Below are positions 53,692-63,504 of a stretch of 64,000 nucleotides of DNA, piece by piece (the stretch's first letter is position 1; each line of letters begins with the position of its first letter). The position numbers and the translations under genes are program-made. The DNA comes from an uncultured Anaerolinea sp. (GTDB taxonomy: Bacteria > Chloroflexota > Anaerolineae > Anaerolineales > Villigracilaceae), in assembly GCA_964372045.1 (NCBI GenBank), contig CAYJPO010000012.1, forward strand, positions 517-64,516, given 5' to 3'. The notes beneath the pieces are model-generated. The model did not search any database, was not told the origin of the DNA, and saw only the letters and a list, made by a program, of their open reading frames with translations.

Positions 53692-55950
53692 ATGCGCAAG
53701 AATATTTATAAATTTTTTGTTTTGTCCCAAATTATCCTTTTGCTGTTTACCGGTATCGGTACGGTTTCTGCAAAAGACCTCCTACAACAAACCGAGCAGG
53801 ATTCTATCTACACCTTCAAGGAGCTAGGTTATACCGAGCGGGTCATGATGGGACCTTACGACTCAGCCCGCTTGATCATCAGCCTCCCGCCGACCTGGGA
53901 ATTGACCACGAACTCGAAGATAACCCTTCGATACAAATTTAATTCCACCAATACAATTACCGGAACTGCCTTTCAGGACGGGCGTGTGGGTGGGTTCTTG
54001 ACGGTTAGATTCAATGGCGTTGTAATTGATACGATCGTACTCGATCAATACCTTCCCGTTGTCAGGGAACTCTCGATCCCGGCTGAAGCGTTAACTCCAG
54101 TTACCGAGGATGGTCGTCATGTGCTCTCGATCTTCATGGATGCCAGTTTCGATTGTGATAAGGGTAGCCAGTCTACCTTTGTCCTGTCAGCCGATTCGGC
54201 GATTGACCTGCAGCATACGGAGGTTCCGCCGGTCATTGACCTTGCTCAATTTCCGAATTCGATCTACCGTCCCGATCCGCTTATTCCGATCAATACTGTG
54301 ATGGTGATCCCCGACCAGCCCTCTGAGGTTGAGTTGCAGGCTGCGATGGCAGCCTCGTCCGGCATCGGCTCTGTGACGAATGGTGAAATGGTAATCCCTT
54401 TGATCACCGTAGGGAGCCTCAACCAGGATGTTCTGTCGACAAGCAATCTTATCTTTGTGGGTTCCCCAACCAAATTCCCTGTGCTCGGGTCTGTGGAGTT
54501 TCCCATTCAGGTGGCAAATAACAAGCTTTCTATTAATGGCGCACAAGATGACGATGGGATCATTCAGATGGCTCCTTCGCCGTGGAATCCTGCCAGGGTT
54601 GCTTATTTCATCAGCGGAAATACGGATGTAGGTATTCTGAAGGCCGGGCAAACAATAGGAACAGGATATATCGTTACCAGCGGCAGGCCGGATATTTCCG
54701 TCATTCGAAGTGTTACCCCGCAATCCAACCAGGGGGTCATTGCTGAAAATCAGACTTTTGCGGACCTTGGCTATGGAAACAGGTTGATGGGTATCGATTA
54801 TGAGCAGGAAGTAACGTATAGCTTCTTCGCATCTGCTGAACAAGCCGCTTCCACGGATGGATATTTGGATCTCATCGTCTCACGCACAAGCCTGATCGAC
54901 AAAGAAAAAAGCGGTGTTTCCGTTTTGCTTAATGGTGATTTAATCGGTACCATTGGCTTTACTGAGACGACTGAAGATCAGATCGTAATCACCCGATTTA
55001 AGTTTTTTGCAGGTCTCTTGAATCGCGGTGAAAACTACATTGATATCATCAGTAATCTTGTCCCGCTCGATGTGTGCTCGACCCAGGCTGTTTCCGGGGC
55101 AACTATTACCATTGCCGAATCTTCATTGATCCATTTGCCAACGACTTCACCTGTTGCCGGATTAGGGAATGAAGTTTTCTTGAACAGCTTCCCGGCGATG
55201 TTCCTGACGCAAAAAGATTTAAGCGACCTTTCCATTATTGTTCCATCGAATGATCCGGTTTCATGGAATTACGCCTCCCGGATCGCCTATTACGTTGGCG
55301 ACCGAGGTGGAGTGACCATTTCTGATATTAGCGTTGCATTTGGCGAAAATGTCAGTGATGAAGTTCGAAGTACAAAGAACATGATCCTCGTCGGTCGGGC
55401 GAGCATTTTGCCGGTTGTTAGTGAGATGGGCAGTGCGATGCCTGCTCCATTCGAGGCTGGCAGTGATGAGGCGATTCAGCCGTCCATGATGGTTAATTAT
55501 CGCCTTTTACCCGGTGTGAACGTCGGTTATCTTCAATTGTTCACATCGCCGTGGAATACTGATAAGGTTATCCTGGCGGTCATGGCGAATTCTCCCGAAG
55601 GGCTTCCGCTAGCCGGGGATATGATGGTTACGGATACATCGATTGAAAAACTGGGCGGGAACTTCTCAATTATCTATGGTGCCCAGGTATTGAATACGGA
55701 TACCCGTCTTGGTGTTGGCAGCGGCGGCTTAGTGAGCGAATTGCCGGTGGCTGTAACGGTTACGCCTTCCGGGATTAGCCAGGATTCACAGAATACCCCC
55801 GCAACCCCTGAGATTGAAGGACGACCAACCTGGATCATGCCGGTCTTGCTTGTCCTCCTGTTTGCAAGTTTGGTTGTTGTCGGGATCGCCATTCGCCGCA
55901 GTTTTGCAGGTTCCGCGAAAAAGATGAATGTTGAACAGGATAAAAAGTAA
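53692..55950 (+). CDS. BcsB-like (cellulose synthase subunit B family) extracytoplasmic protein with C-terminal TM
   Basis: Signal peptide; two-fold repeat TFKELGY/TFADLGY; VR(F/L)NG, SPWN motifs; single C-terminal TM helix. Confidence 0.75.
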   Translation: MRKNIYKFFVLSQIILLLFTGIGTVSAKDLLQQTEQDSIYTFKELGYTERVMMGPYDSARLIISLPPTWELTTNSKITLRYKFNSTNTITGTAFQDGRVGGFLTVRFNGVVIDTIVLDQYLPVVRELSIPAEALTPVTEDGRHVLSIFMDASFDCDKGSQSTFVLSADSAIDLQHTEVPPVIDLAQFPNSIYRPDPLIPINTVMVIPDQPSEVELQAAMAASSGIGSVTNGEMVIPLITVGSLNQDVLSTSNLIFVGSPTKFPVLGSVEFPIQVANNKLSINGAQDDDGIIQMAPSPWNPARVAYFISGNTDVGILKAGQTIGTGYIVTSGRPDISVIRSVTPQSNQGVIAENQTFADLGYGNRLMGIDYEQEVTYSFFASAEQAASTDGYLDLIVSRTSLIDKEKSGVSVLLNGDLIGTIGFTETTEDQIVITRFKFFAGLLNRGENYIDIISNLVPLDVCSTQAVSGATITIAESSLIHLPTTSPVAGLGNEVFLNSFPAMFLTQKDLSDLSIIVPSNDPVSWNYASRIAYYVGDRGGVTISDISVAFGENVSDEVRSTKNMILVGRASILPVVSEMGSAMPAPFEAGSDEAIQPSMMVNYRLLPGVNVGYLQLFTSPWNTDKVILAVMANSPEGLPLAGDMMVTDTSIEKLGGNFSIIYGAQVLNTDTRLGVGSGGLVSELPVAVTVTPSGISQDSQNTPATPEIEGRPTWIMPVLLVLLFASLVVVGIAIRRSFAGSAKKMNVEQDKK

Positions 55951-55955
55951 TAATA

Positions 55956-57137
55956 ATGGCATTTCTATTCGCGCTGATTTTTTGGTTGTCTGTTGGGTTT
56001 GTGCTCTATACCTACTTTGGCTATCCGCTGCTCATTGACCTGATGGCTCGCTTTCGCCCGAAGCCCAGTTGGTCAAGGGAGAACAAACCCACAGTAACCT
56101 TCCTGATCGCCGCATATGATGAAGAAAAACATATGCGCGAAAAGATCGAAAACACCCTCGCCCTCGATTATCCACCGGAGAAGCTGCAGATCATCGTAGC
56201 CGCTGATGGTTCGTCGGATCGAACGGTTGAAATTGCGCGTGGTTTTTCCGATCAGGGAGTTGAAGTGAGCTTTGTCCCAGAACGCGGCGGGAAGATGGCA
56301 GCCATTAAGCGCGCCATGCTTGTTGCGCGCGGAGATGTCGTTGTATTTTCAGATGCGAATAACATGTATGATAAGGAAGCAGTCGGTTATCTGGCTGCTC
56401 CTTTTGTTGATGAGAACATCGGCGCGGCAATTGGGGCGAAGCTGATCGTGGAAGATGGCAGGAGCCTCAGTTCGGCGGAAGGTCTTTATTGGAAGTACGA
56501 GTCGTGGATAAAGAAAAATGAGACCGCCGTTGGCTCATGTACTGCTGCTGCGGGGGAGATCCTCGCAATTCGCCGCTCGTTGTTTAAGGCACCCGAGGCG
56601 AATATTATCAATGACGATCGCTATATGGTTTTTGACCTCCTCCGCAGGGGATTCCGCGTGGTGTATATACCGGCAGCACGGTCCTATGAATTCGTATCGC
56701 AGTCTGCGCAGGATGAACTGACCAGGCGCTCACGCATGACGGCTGGTGCTATCCAGACGATTGCCATGTCTGCGAGCCTGCTGCCCTTCAATCGTCCCTT
56801 GGTGGCGTGGCAGATGATCTCACACAAATACTTTAGGGCATTTGTGCCTTATGCCATGATCCTCGCCCTTTTTGCTAATATTGCACTGGTGTTGCTTCAA
56901 AGCCAGACGGCCCTGCCCTTGTTGTTGCAGATGCCGGTCGCTCAGGTACTGCTTGGGCTTCAGGTCGTCTTTTATGGTATGGCAATTGTCGGTAATCTTT
57001 TCCAATTTAAGGGGCTTCTCGGAAAGTTGCTCTACCTGCCAACGTTTCTAGTGAACTCGAACTTTGCTTTGGTCTTGGGGATGCACAAATTCCTAACCAA
57101 AAAACAAACACATATCTGGAAGCGGGTCCAACGCTGA
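55956..57137 (+). CDS. Membrane GT2 glycosyltransferase (PgaC/IcaA-like)
   Basis: LIAAYDEE, DGSSD, GGKMAA, SDAN, INDD, RRSRMTAG motifs; N- and C-terminal TMs. Confidence 0.88.
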   Translation: MAFLFALIFWLSVGFVLYTYFGYPLLIDLMARFRPKPSWSRENKPTVTFLIAAYDEEKHMREKIENTLALDYPPEKLQIIVAADGSSDRTVEIARGFSDQGVEVSFVPERGGKMAAIKRAMLVARGDVVVFSDANNMYDKEAVGYLAAPFVDENIGAAIGAKLIVEDGRSLSSAEGLYWKYESWIKKNETAVGSCTAAAGEILAIRRSLFKAPEANIINDDRYMVFDLLRRGFRVVYIPAARSYEFVSQSAQDELTRRSRMTAGAIQTIAMSASLLPFNRPLVAWQMISHKYFRAFVPYAMILALFANIALVLLQSQTALPLLLQMPVAQVLLGLQVVFYGMAIVGNLFQFKGLLGKLLYLPTFLVNSNFALVLGMHKFLTKKQTHIWKRVQR

Positions 57138-57141
57138 ATCT

Positions 57142-58176
57142 ATGCCTTCATTTTTCAAACAGATCGCAAGCCCTGCAATTGGGTTGCTAATTAAGCTCGG
57201 AATATTTGATGCGGCGCGGGTTCTTTCCCCGCAGTTCCTGACCGTATTGAACTACCATCGCATTAATGATCCGGATGCGGCGGATTTTGATACCTTTGTC
57301 CCTAATGTGAGTGCAACGCCTGCAGATTTTGCCGTTCAGATGGATTACGTGAAGGAAAAATATAATGTTATCTCTTGCCAGCAACTGATTTCCTTCTTGC
57401 GAGGCAAGGCGCCCCTGCCGCCCCATGCCGCAATGATCACCTTTGATGACGGCTATTTCGATAATCTGTCCAATGCCTTTCCCATCCTCAAGGAACGAAA
57501 TCTCCCCGCGATTATCTTCCTGACCACCGGCTTTATGGGTGCCACTGCACCTTTTTACTGGGACTATATCGCTTATTGCTTTCACCATACGCAGAAAAAG
57601 TCTGCGAATTTCCCATTGGTCGGGGAACTTAGCTGGAGCGATGCGGGTTCCCGTTATCTGGCAATGATCCGCTGGATAGAAACTCTTAAGCGGATACCTG
57701 AAGCTGAAAAGCAGGAATTAATAAGTCAGGCTGGCGATATCCTTGGGGTAAATCCTCCGCCTGATGCGTTCGCCAACTTATATCTGACCTGGGATCAGGT
57801 CAGGGAAATGAGCCGCAGCGGCATCATTGAGTTTGGTTCACACACCGTTACACATCCGATCCTGACGCGTGTCGATCCTGAACAAGCCCAATACGAGATC
57901 GAAGCCTCGAAGAAACGCATCGAGCAGGAGACAGGGAAACCGGTCCTGAGCGTGGCGTACCCCAACGGCGGTGCAGCGGACTTCTCTACGGAAGTGATCT
58001 ATGCGGCTAAGGCTGTGGGGATTGAGGCAGGATTTACGTTATTACCGGGTCCCAGCCGATATGGAACTGTCGAAAGATCACCTTTCGCGATACGAAGGGT
58101 TTTCATAACGCATATCGACACCTTCCAGAGATTTGTTTTGAAGTTAAGTACGATGACAAGATTAGTTAGATCGTAA
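57142..58176 (+). CDS. Polysaccharide deacetylase (CE4/NodB)
   Basis: LNYHRI, ITFDDGY, FGSHTVTHP, AYPNG motifs. Confidence 0.92.
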   Translation: MPSFFKQIASPAIGLLIKLGIFDAARVLSPQFLTVLNYHRINDPDAADFDTFVPNVSATPADFAVQMDYVKEKYNVISCQQLISFLRGKAPLPPHAAMITFDDGYFDNLSNAFPILKERNLPAIIFLTTGFMGATAPFYWDYIAYCFHHTQKKSANFPLVGELSWSDAGSRYLAMIRWIETLKRIPEAEKQELISQAGDILGVNPPPDAFANLYLTWDQVREMSRSGIIEFGSHTVTHPILTRVDPEQAQYEIEASKKRIEQETGKPVLSVAYPNGGAADFSTEVIYAAKAVGIEAGFTLLPGPSRYGTVERSPFAIRRVFITHIDTFQRFVLKLSTMTRLVRS

Positions 58177-59451
58177 GCGTTCTGCAGGGGGAGTTGTGAC
58201 TTTAAACTGACGCAAATTCTCATACGCCTTCAAGATATCCCTTGCAATAGGCTCCCATGCAAATTGGGTGTCCGAAAGGTGTTTTGATTGTTCCCCCATT
58301 TTTTTCGCCAGATCGTCATCGCTGATGATGCGCAGGATTGCGCCTGCCAATTCGTCCGGCGCATCTGCCGGGACGAGATACCCATTTTTTCCATCCTCGA
58401 CCGCTTCCGGGAAGCCGCCAACGTTAGTCGTCACAACGGGTTTTCCAAATGCGTACGCGACCTGAAGCGCACCGCTTTGGGTGATGTTTCGATAGGGGTA
58501 CACCATGACCGTGGCAAGCTTCATCAACGGACCGATCTCTTCGATCTCCAGATACCTGCTGTCAAATACTACCCGCGCCCCCAGGTGTAGCTCTTTCACA
58601 AGTTGGTGAACTGCCGCCATATCCATTTGTTTTGTGGGCATGCCTGCTATGAGAAGTTTTGCCCGTTTGTCGCGCTCTGAGATGATCGAAAACGCCTTGA
58701 TCAGATCCGGCACACCTTTGCTTGGGGTGAGATTTCCGAAGAATGCTATCACCCGGTCGTCGGATTGGATCTCATATTTGCTTTTCAACGATTCGAGGAT
58801 TGCATCTGCGTTTTCAGGGTTTGGAAATATCTGTTCATTACCATGCCTGATGGTTAACAGCCTGTTTTCAGGGATATCGAAAAGGGATAAGAACCGCTTC
58901 TTGTTTGCTTCTCCATGAAAAAATAGAACCGAGAAATTATTGAATACCATTCCCAGGATACTGTCACTTAGACGTACCCAAAGGTTCTTTTCCGCCTCGC
59001 GGGTTTCAAACTCATGGCAGATTTGACTTAACACAAGTCCATTGCGTTTCAGCACTGAATAAAAAAAAGCTTCGAATTGGAATTGTGTTTCGCCAAATTG
59101 GGTGATATCCGGTCGGGTTTTGAGGAGATAAGCTGTTAACTGAACCCAGCCTGTAAAGAATCTGATGGCGCGAAATCCCCGACGGATCTGCCAGAAAGCT
59201 TTTATCCAGATCGCCTCAAATTTGTTCCGAGGCGGTCGCATGAGAAGCCGGTCGCCCTTCCGTGAGGGGAGATTCATTAACCGCACGACCTTAAAGTTGT
59301 GCGGAAAGTTTTCAAGCTCGTATTCGCGTGCGGTAATAAGCGAAACTTCAGCGCCTTCGTTTGCCATTGCTGTGCATAATTGGTAGGCATAATGGATCAT
59401 ACCGCCTGTGCCGCGATGTTCCACCACCGAAACTCTTATCGGATTACTCAT
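58162..59451 (-). CDS. GT4 glycosyltransferase
   Basis: FFGNLTPSKG, YPYRNITQSGALQVA, VGGFPEAV motifs. Confidence 0.9.
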   Translation of the reverse strand: MSNPIRVSVVEHRGTGGMIHYAYQLCTAMANEGAEVSLITAREYELENFPHNFKVVRLMNLPSRKGDRLLMRPPRNKFEAIWIKAFWQIRRGFRAIRFFTGWVQLTAYLLKTRPDITQFGETQFQFEAFFYSVLKRNGLVLSQICHEFETREAEKNLWVRLSDSILGMVFNNFSVLFFHGEANKKRFLSLFDIPENRLLTIRHGNEQIFPNPENADAILESLKSKYEIQSDDRVIAFFGNLTPSKGVPDLIKAFSIISERDKRAKLLIAGMPTKQMDMAAVHQLVKELHLGARVVFDSRYLEIEEIGPLMKLATVMVYPYRNITQSGALQVAYAFGKPVVTTNVGGFPEAVEDGKNGYLVPADAPDELAGAILRIISDDDLAKKMGEQSKHLSDTQFAWEPIARDILKAYENLRQFKVTTPPAERLRSN

Positions 59452-60571
59452 GTTTCACCAGTTTTGTATAAAGTTGACCGAGCGTTATCACTTGTGTGTG
59501 AATGTTGAATTTTTCTTGTGCGATCCTGAGCCCAGCGGATTCCATTGCTGCTCTCATTGCCTGATCCTGGGCGAGCAAGAGACATGCTTTCTCCAGTTGG
59601 GCTGGGTCACCCGGCTGGACTAGGAGTCCATTAACTTCATTTTCTACGATCTCCGGCACGCCGCCCACATTGGATGCAACGATGGATTTTCCGGCAGCGG
59701 TGGCTTCGATCAACACCGTTGGCAGTGCGTCGATCAGTGTTGGCAATACAAATAGATCGCTGATTGAAAGAATCTCAGGGATGTCTGGGCGTTGCCCTGC
59801 AAATGTAACCTGGTGTTCGAGGTGCGATGTTTCCACTTCATTTTTCAGCGCGGATTCGTAATCGCCCGTACCGACAATAAGGTAGTGCGCGTTGGGCAGC
59901 GAGCGGATAATGTTCGTCATTGCCTTGAGCATGAATTGGATTCCTTTTGCTTCGCGTAGGACGGCAACGGTCAAAATCAGGAACGCGTTATCGGGGATCC
60001 CTAATTCTTTTCGTTTTGCATCCCGAATATCCCCACTAACAGGTTTGAAATTGGAAGGATCGATCCCGTTATACATGGTAATTATTTTTTGCGGTTGAAT
60101 ACGACCATACTTGATGAGGTGGTCGCGAGTGCTATTGGAGACCGCGATCAATTTGGTTGAGAACAGGCGCATGCAAGCCCAGCTCAACTCATTACGCCAG
60201 TGTGAAGTTCCCTTTTGAGGGTTGTCGAGAGTATGAAGTGTGGCCGTGTTTGGAATCCGAAGCAGCCATGAACCGACACTTCCAAGCACGGTTGCAAATT
60301 CCAGTTGAGTGTGAACGAGGTCCGGTTTTTGTTGGCGAAGATACCGTAGAATTTTCGGCAAGTTGGCGGGGTGGCGCAGGTTTGGGATGGGGACAAGGTC
60401 AACGGGTATTCCGATGCGCGTCAATTCCTTCGCGATGGGATTTCCCTGTTTTATCTGGAGAGCGCACACGCGTACGTCAAATTGACTCCGGTCCATTTGT
60501 TCGAGGATCGAAAAGGTCATTTTTTCAGCCCCTCCATGACCCAATCCATCTATGATCCAAATCACACGCAT
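59444..60571 (-). CDS. GT4 glycosyltransferase
   Basis: GGAEK, AVLREAKG, DALPTVLIEA, VGGVPEIV motifs. Confidence 0.9.
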   Translation of the reverse strand: MRVIWIIDGLGHGGAEKMTFSILEQMDRSQFDVRVCALQIKQGNPIAKELTRIGIPVDLVPIPNLRHPANLPKILRYLRQQKPDLVHTQLEFATVLGSVGSWLLRIPNTATLHTLDNPQKGTSHWRNELSWACMRLFSTKLIAVSNSTRDHLIKYGRIQPQKIITMYNGIDPSNFKPVSGDIRDAKRKELGIPDNAFLILTVAVLREAKGIQFMLKAMTNIIRSLPNAHYLIVGTGDYESALKNEVETSHLEHQVTFAGQRPDIPEILSISDLFVLPTLIDALPTVLIEATAAGKSIVASNVGGVPEIVENEVNGLLVQPGDPAQLEKACLLLAQDQAMRAAMESAGLRIAQEKFNIHTQVITLGQLYTKLVKHE

Positions 60572-60572
60572 G

Positions 60573-61817
60573 TTAGTTTGCTTCCATCGTTTCTGAATGT
60601 GTTTGAACAGCTGCCGCAGACTTCATGGTATTAAATAATCCAGCAAGCTTATTCGCGTTCTTGTTCAAATTGAATTCTTGAATGACCCATTCGTGCCCAT
60701 TCCTCCCCAGTTGACTTGCTCTTTCGGGGTTTTCCTTGACTCGCATGATCGCTTCCGCCAGGGCGTTTGCGTCGGCGGGGGGAACTAGGAATCCGGTCTG
60801 GTCATCGATAACGAGTTCAGGGATACCAGTGATGCGAGTGGCGACAACCGGTAACTCACATGCCAATGCTTCCATCAATGCCACCGGTATTCCTTCGCTT
60901 ACGCTGGATTGAACGTAACAGTCCGCAGTGGGGAGCAGTTGTGCAACTTCCGTCTGGGTCTTTGCTCCCATCAATTCAACCACATCGCCGACGTTAAGGC
61001 GCATGATCTCGGCTTCGATCTTTGGACGTTCCTTGCCCTCACCAATTATTCTTAATCGGAAGGGGAAGTTCTTTTCCTTTAGCTTGGCAATCGCTTGGAT
61101 CAGATACAATTGTCCTTTTTTCCAGTGCAGCGAACCGATTTGCAGAATTTCAAATTTTTCGCCCGTGTCATTTGATTTCTTTGAAAATGGAGTGTAGTTG
61201 TTGCTGTCCACGCCGCAGCGGACGACAGTACATTTCTCGCGGACGTGATCTCCAACCAACTTTGCCATATAGTCGATATTGTAATGGGATATCGGAGTGA
61301 GAAAACTTGCGCCATCTAGTTTTGTCTTGAGCATTGCCTGACGGTCATAAATATCGTGAGAGTGTATGGTAATGCTGTATTGGATCCCCGTTAATTGGTT
61401 GATGATCCAGGCTTCGAGACCCGGGTGTGTAGCGTAATGAGCGTGGATGTGCTCAATGCCCTCGTTCGATATTTGACCTGCCGTGTAAACAGCCTTGGGG
61501 AACATATAGATCGCTCTGATAAAAAAATTGGGCGATGATAGATTTTCTTTAAAGACCTGCCAAAACAATCGCATATAGGTTCCCGGTTTTTTGGAAAATA
61601 CACGCAGGTTTTCACGGATTACATTTGCTGAAACGAATGGAATGCATTTTACGCGCGTAAGCCATCCCCGCGCTTCCTCATGGATGACGGGTTGCTTTTG
61701 GCAAATAATTGGATAAACAACGATCTCATGACCGAGCTTTTCGATCTCGATCATTTCCCTGAGAATGAATGTTTCAGACAGCAATGGGAAGCGGGATATA
61801 ATGTATGCAATTTTCAT
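60573..61817 (-). CDS. GT4 glycosyltransferase (WcaL-like)
   Basis: FPLLSETFI, HIHAHY, KKGQLYL, EGIPVALMEA motifs; start MKIAY at 61817. Confidence 0.9.
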   Translation of the reverse strand: MKIAYIISRFPLLSETFILREMIEIEKLGHEIVVYPIICQKQPVIHEEARGWLTRVKCIPFVSANVIRENLRVFSKKPGTYMRLFWQVFKENLSSPNFFIRAIYMFPKAVYTAGQISNEGIEHIHAHYATHPGLEAWIINQLTGIQYSITIHSHDIYDRQAMLKTKLDGASFLTPISHYNIDYMAKLVGDHVREKCTVVRCGVDSNNYTPFSKKSNDTGEKFEILQIGSLHWKKGQLYLIQAIAKLKEKNFPFRLRIIGEGKERPKIEAEIMRLNVGDVVELMGAKTQTEVAQLLPTADCYVQSSVSEGIPVALMEALACELPVVATRITGIPELVIDDQTGFLVPPADANALAEAIMRVKENPERASQLGRNGHEWVIQEFNLNKNANKLAGLFNTMKSAAAVQTHSETMEAN

Positions 61818-61830
61818 AAAAATAGTACCC

Positions 61831-61849
61831 TTATCATTTACAATGATAA
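61831..61849. promoter_or_regulatory. Palindrome in 57-bp divergent intergenic gap, overlapping a TACAAT -10
   Basis: TTATCATT-TAC-AATGATAA. Confidence 0.45.
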
Positions 61850-61874
61850 CCCAAAATAACACATCAGAGGAAGT

Positions 61875-63380
61875 ATGTCAGGTTTTTACAATAAAAGAAT
61901 TTTCATTACAAGTGTTTTTCTCATCGTCATTGCTATTTCTGGTTGCGTTCAGGCAACTCCGGAAAATAATAAACCTGAAGATGCGACTATAACAGAATCT
62001 CCACTCAATGAGACGGCGACGGGCACAGTGATCCCTGACCCTGTTAGCGTTTTTGCTCCTGACATGGAAACGTATCTGCCAAACCCGGGAGTTGGCTGGC
62101 AAAATGACCACGCCCATGAGGAAATATTTCCGTTTTTCCCAGAGACCATTTATTACCCGGTCAGACATCAAATCGCCTGGGACGTTCTGAATCCGGCGAA
62201 AGGTGTATATGATTGGACGGCGCTGGATGCAGAATATAACCGGGCGATTCAGGAAGGAAAACAATTTTCCTTCCGGGTCTATACAATGACCTACGCGGAG
62301 TACGGAGATAGGATCCCTGACTGGGTGGAAGCAGAAGGTGTCCTTTTTACCGAATTAGGTGACCCGGATTATACGAGTTGTGTATATCAACAGGAATGGG
62401 GGACATTTGTCGACGCCATGTTGGCGCGGTACGATGGCGACCCAAATGTCGCCTTCATCGACATTTCTGGTTATGGAGATTTCAATGAGTGGCCCTGGTT
62501 GGACCATCAAACTGCATGGGATGACGAGTGGGCGGAAGCTTACGAATCTGGGGAAGCGTCTCCGGCGACCATGAAGGAACTGGACGCTCAGGCAAGAAGA
62601 AGATTGGCGGATATGTTCATTGGCGGCTCGTTTGATGTGCACCTTTGCCGTGATGCTTCCGGGCAGATCCTTCAGACGAGCTATTCATACAAAGGCGCCG
62701 AGCGCACGCAGCTAATAATGCCGTATGCCGGCCTTCGCCAGTCGATTCAATATGTTTTCACGCAGCGATCGGACGTCGGGTTTCGATACGATTGCCTCGG
62801 TCGCCCGGGGACGCTTGATTACATGCCCGACATGATCGGAGAGCGCTGGATGTATGCACCGGTCGTCTTTGAATTGTGCAGCGATACAATTGACTTGCAG
62901 GATATGAAGGCGTTGCTCGAACAAACGCATGGCTCGGTTGTTCACAATAATGACTTCCATGATCTGCCTTCTTTGCAAGACATTATCTTGCCGATCGGGT
63001 ATCGCTTCCATTTGGCGTCTGCGGGCGTTGAGCCTTCTGATATCCCCGGCGATGTCTTTTTAGCGATGACATGGGAGAACATTGGGTCGGCTCCCAATTA
63101 CCCCAAGATGGGACAGGAATTCGAACTCCATGTTTATTTATTGGATGAGAACGACAAAATTCTCGTCGATGAAATTGCCTCCGATCAAACCTCTACCTGG
63201 ATGCCGGATGTGCCTCAAACCATTCACGTCATTCTTGAGATGCCCGAAAATGCGGTTCCCGGTCATTACACTATCAAAGTGTCCATTATTGATAAGCGTA
63301 CGGGGAAACCTATCTACCTGGCATTAGGTGATGAAGATCAATATGGCGGATATTTTGCTACTTCATTTGAATTTCGGTGA
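61875..63380 (+). CDS. Lipoprotein, putative glycoside hydrolase (TIM barrel + DUF4832-like C-terminus)
   Basis: Lipobox ISGC; NPGVGW, W..LNPAKGVYDW, G.RYDGDP, GYRF, WENIGSAP motifs. Confidence 0.7.
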   Translation: MSGFYNKRIFITSVFLIVIAISGCVQATPENNKPEDATITESPLNETATGTVIPDPVSVFAPDMETYLPNPGVGWQNDHAHEEIFPFFPETIYYPVRHQIAWDVLNPAKGVYDWTALDAEYNRAIQEGKQFSFRVYTMTYAEYGDRIPDWVEAEGVLFTELGDPDYTSCVYQQEWGTFVDAMLARYDGDPNVAFIDISGYGDFNEWPWLDHQTAWDDEWAEAYESGEASPATMKELDAQARRRLADMFIGGSFDVHLCRDASGQILQTSYSYKGAERTQLIMPYAGLRQSIQYVFTQRSDVGFRYDCLGRPGTLDYMPDMIGERWMYAPVVFELCSDTIDLQDMKALLEQTHGSVVHNNDFHDLPSLQDIILPIGYRFHLASAGVEPSDIPGDVFLAMTWENIGSAPNYPKMGQEFELHVYLLDENDKILVDEIASDQTSTWMPDVPQTIHVILEMPENAVPGHYTIKVSIIDKRTGKPIYLALGDEDQYGGYFATSFEFR

Positions 63381-63504
63381 ATAATTTCGGTGTTCCTGCC
63401 TGATAACTTTTGTGTTTAAATTCACAATCTTATGAAACTGTATTGTTTTTGAAGTTTCAATATGGTAATATAAAAGTGTTATTGTTTTAAAATTGGAGTA
63501 AGTC

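Noticed and set aside
53692-57137. Calling this a cellulose synthase operon (bcsA-bcsB)
   Set aside because: The GT2 is only 393 aa, with no QxxRW and no PilZ domain, so cellulose is unsupported.
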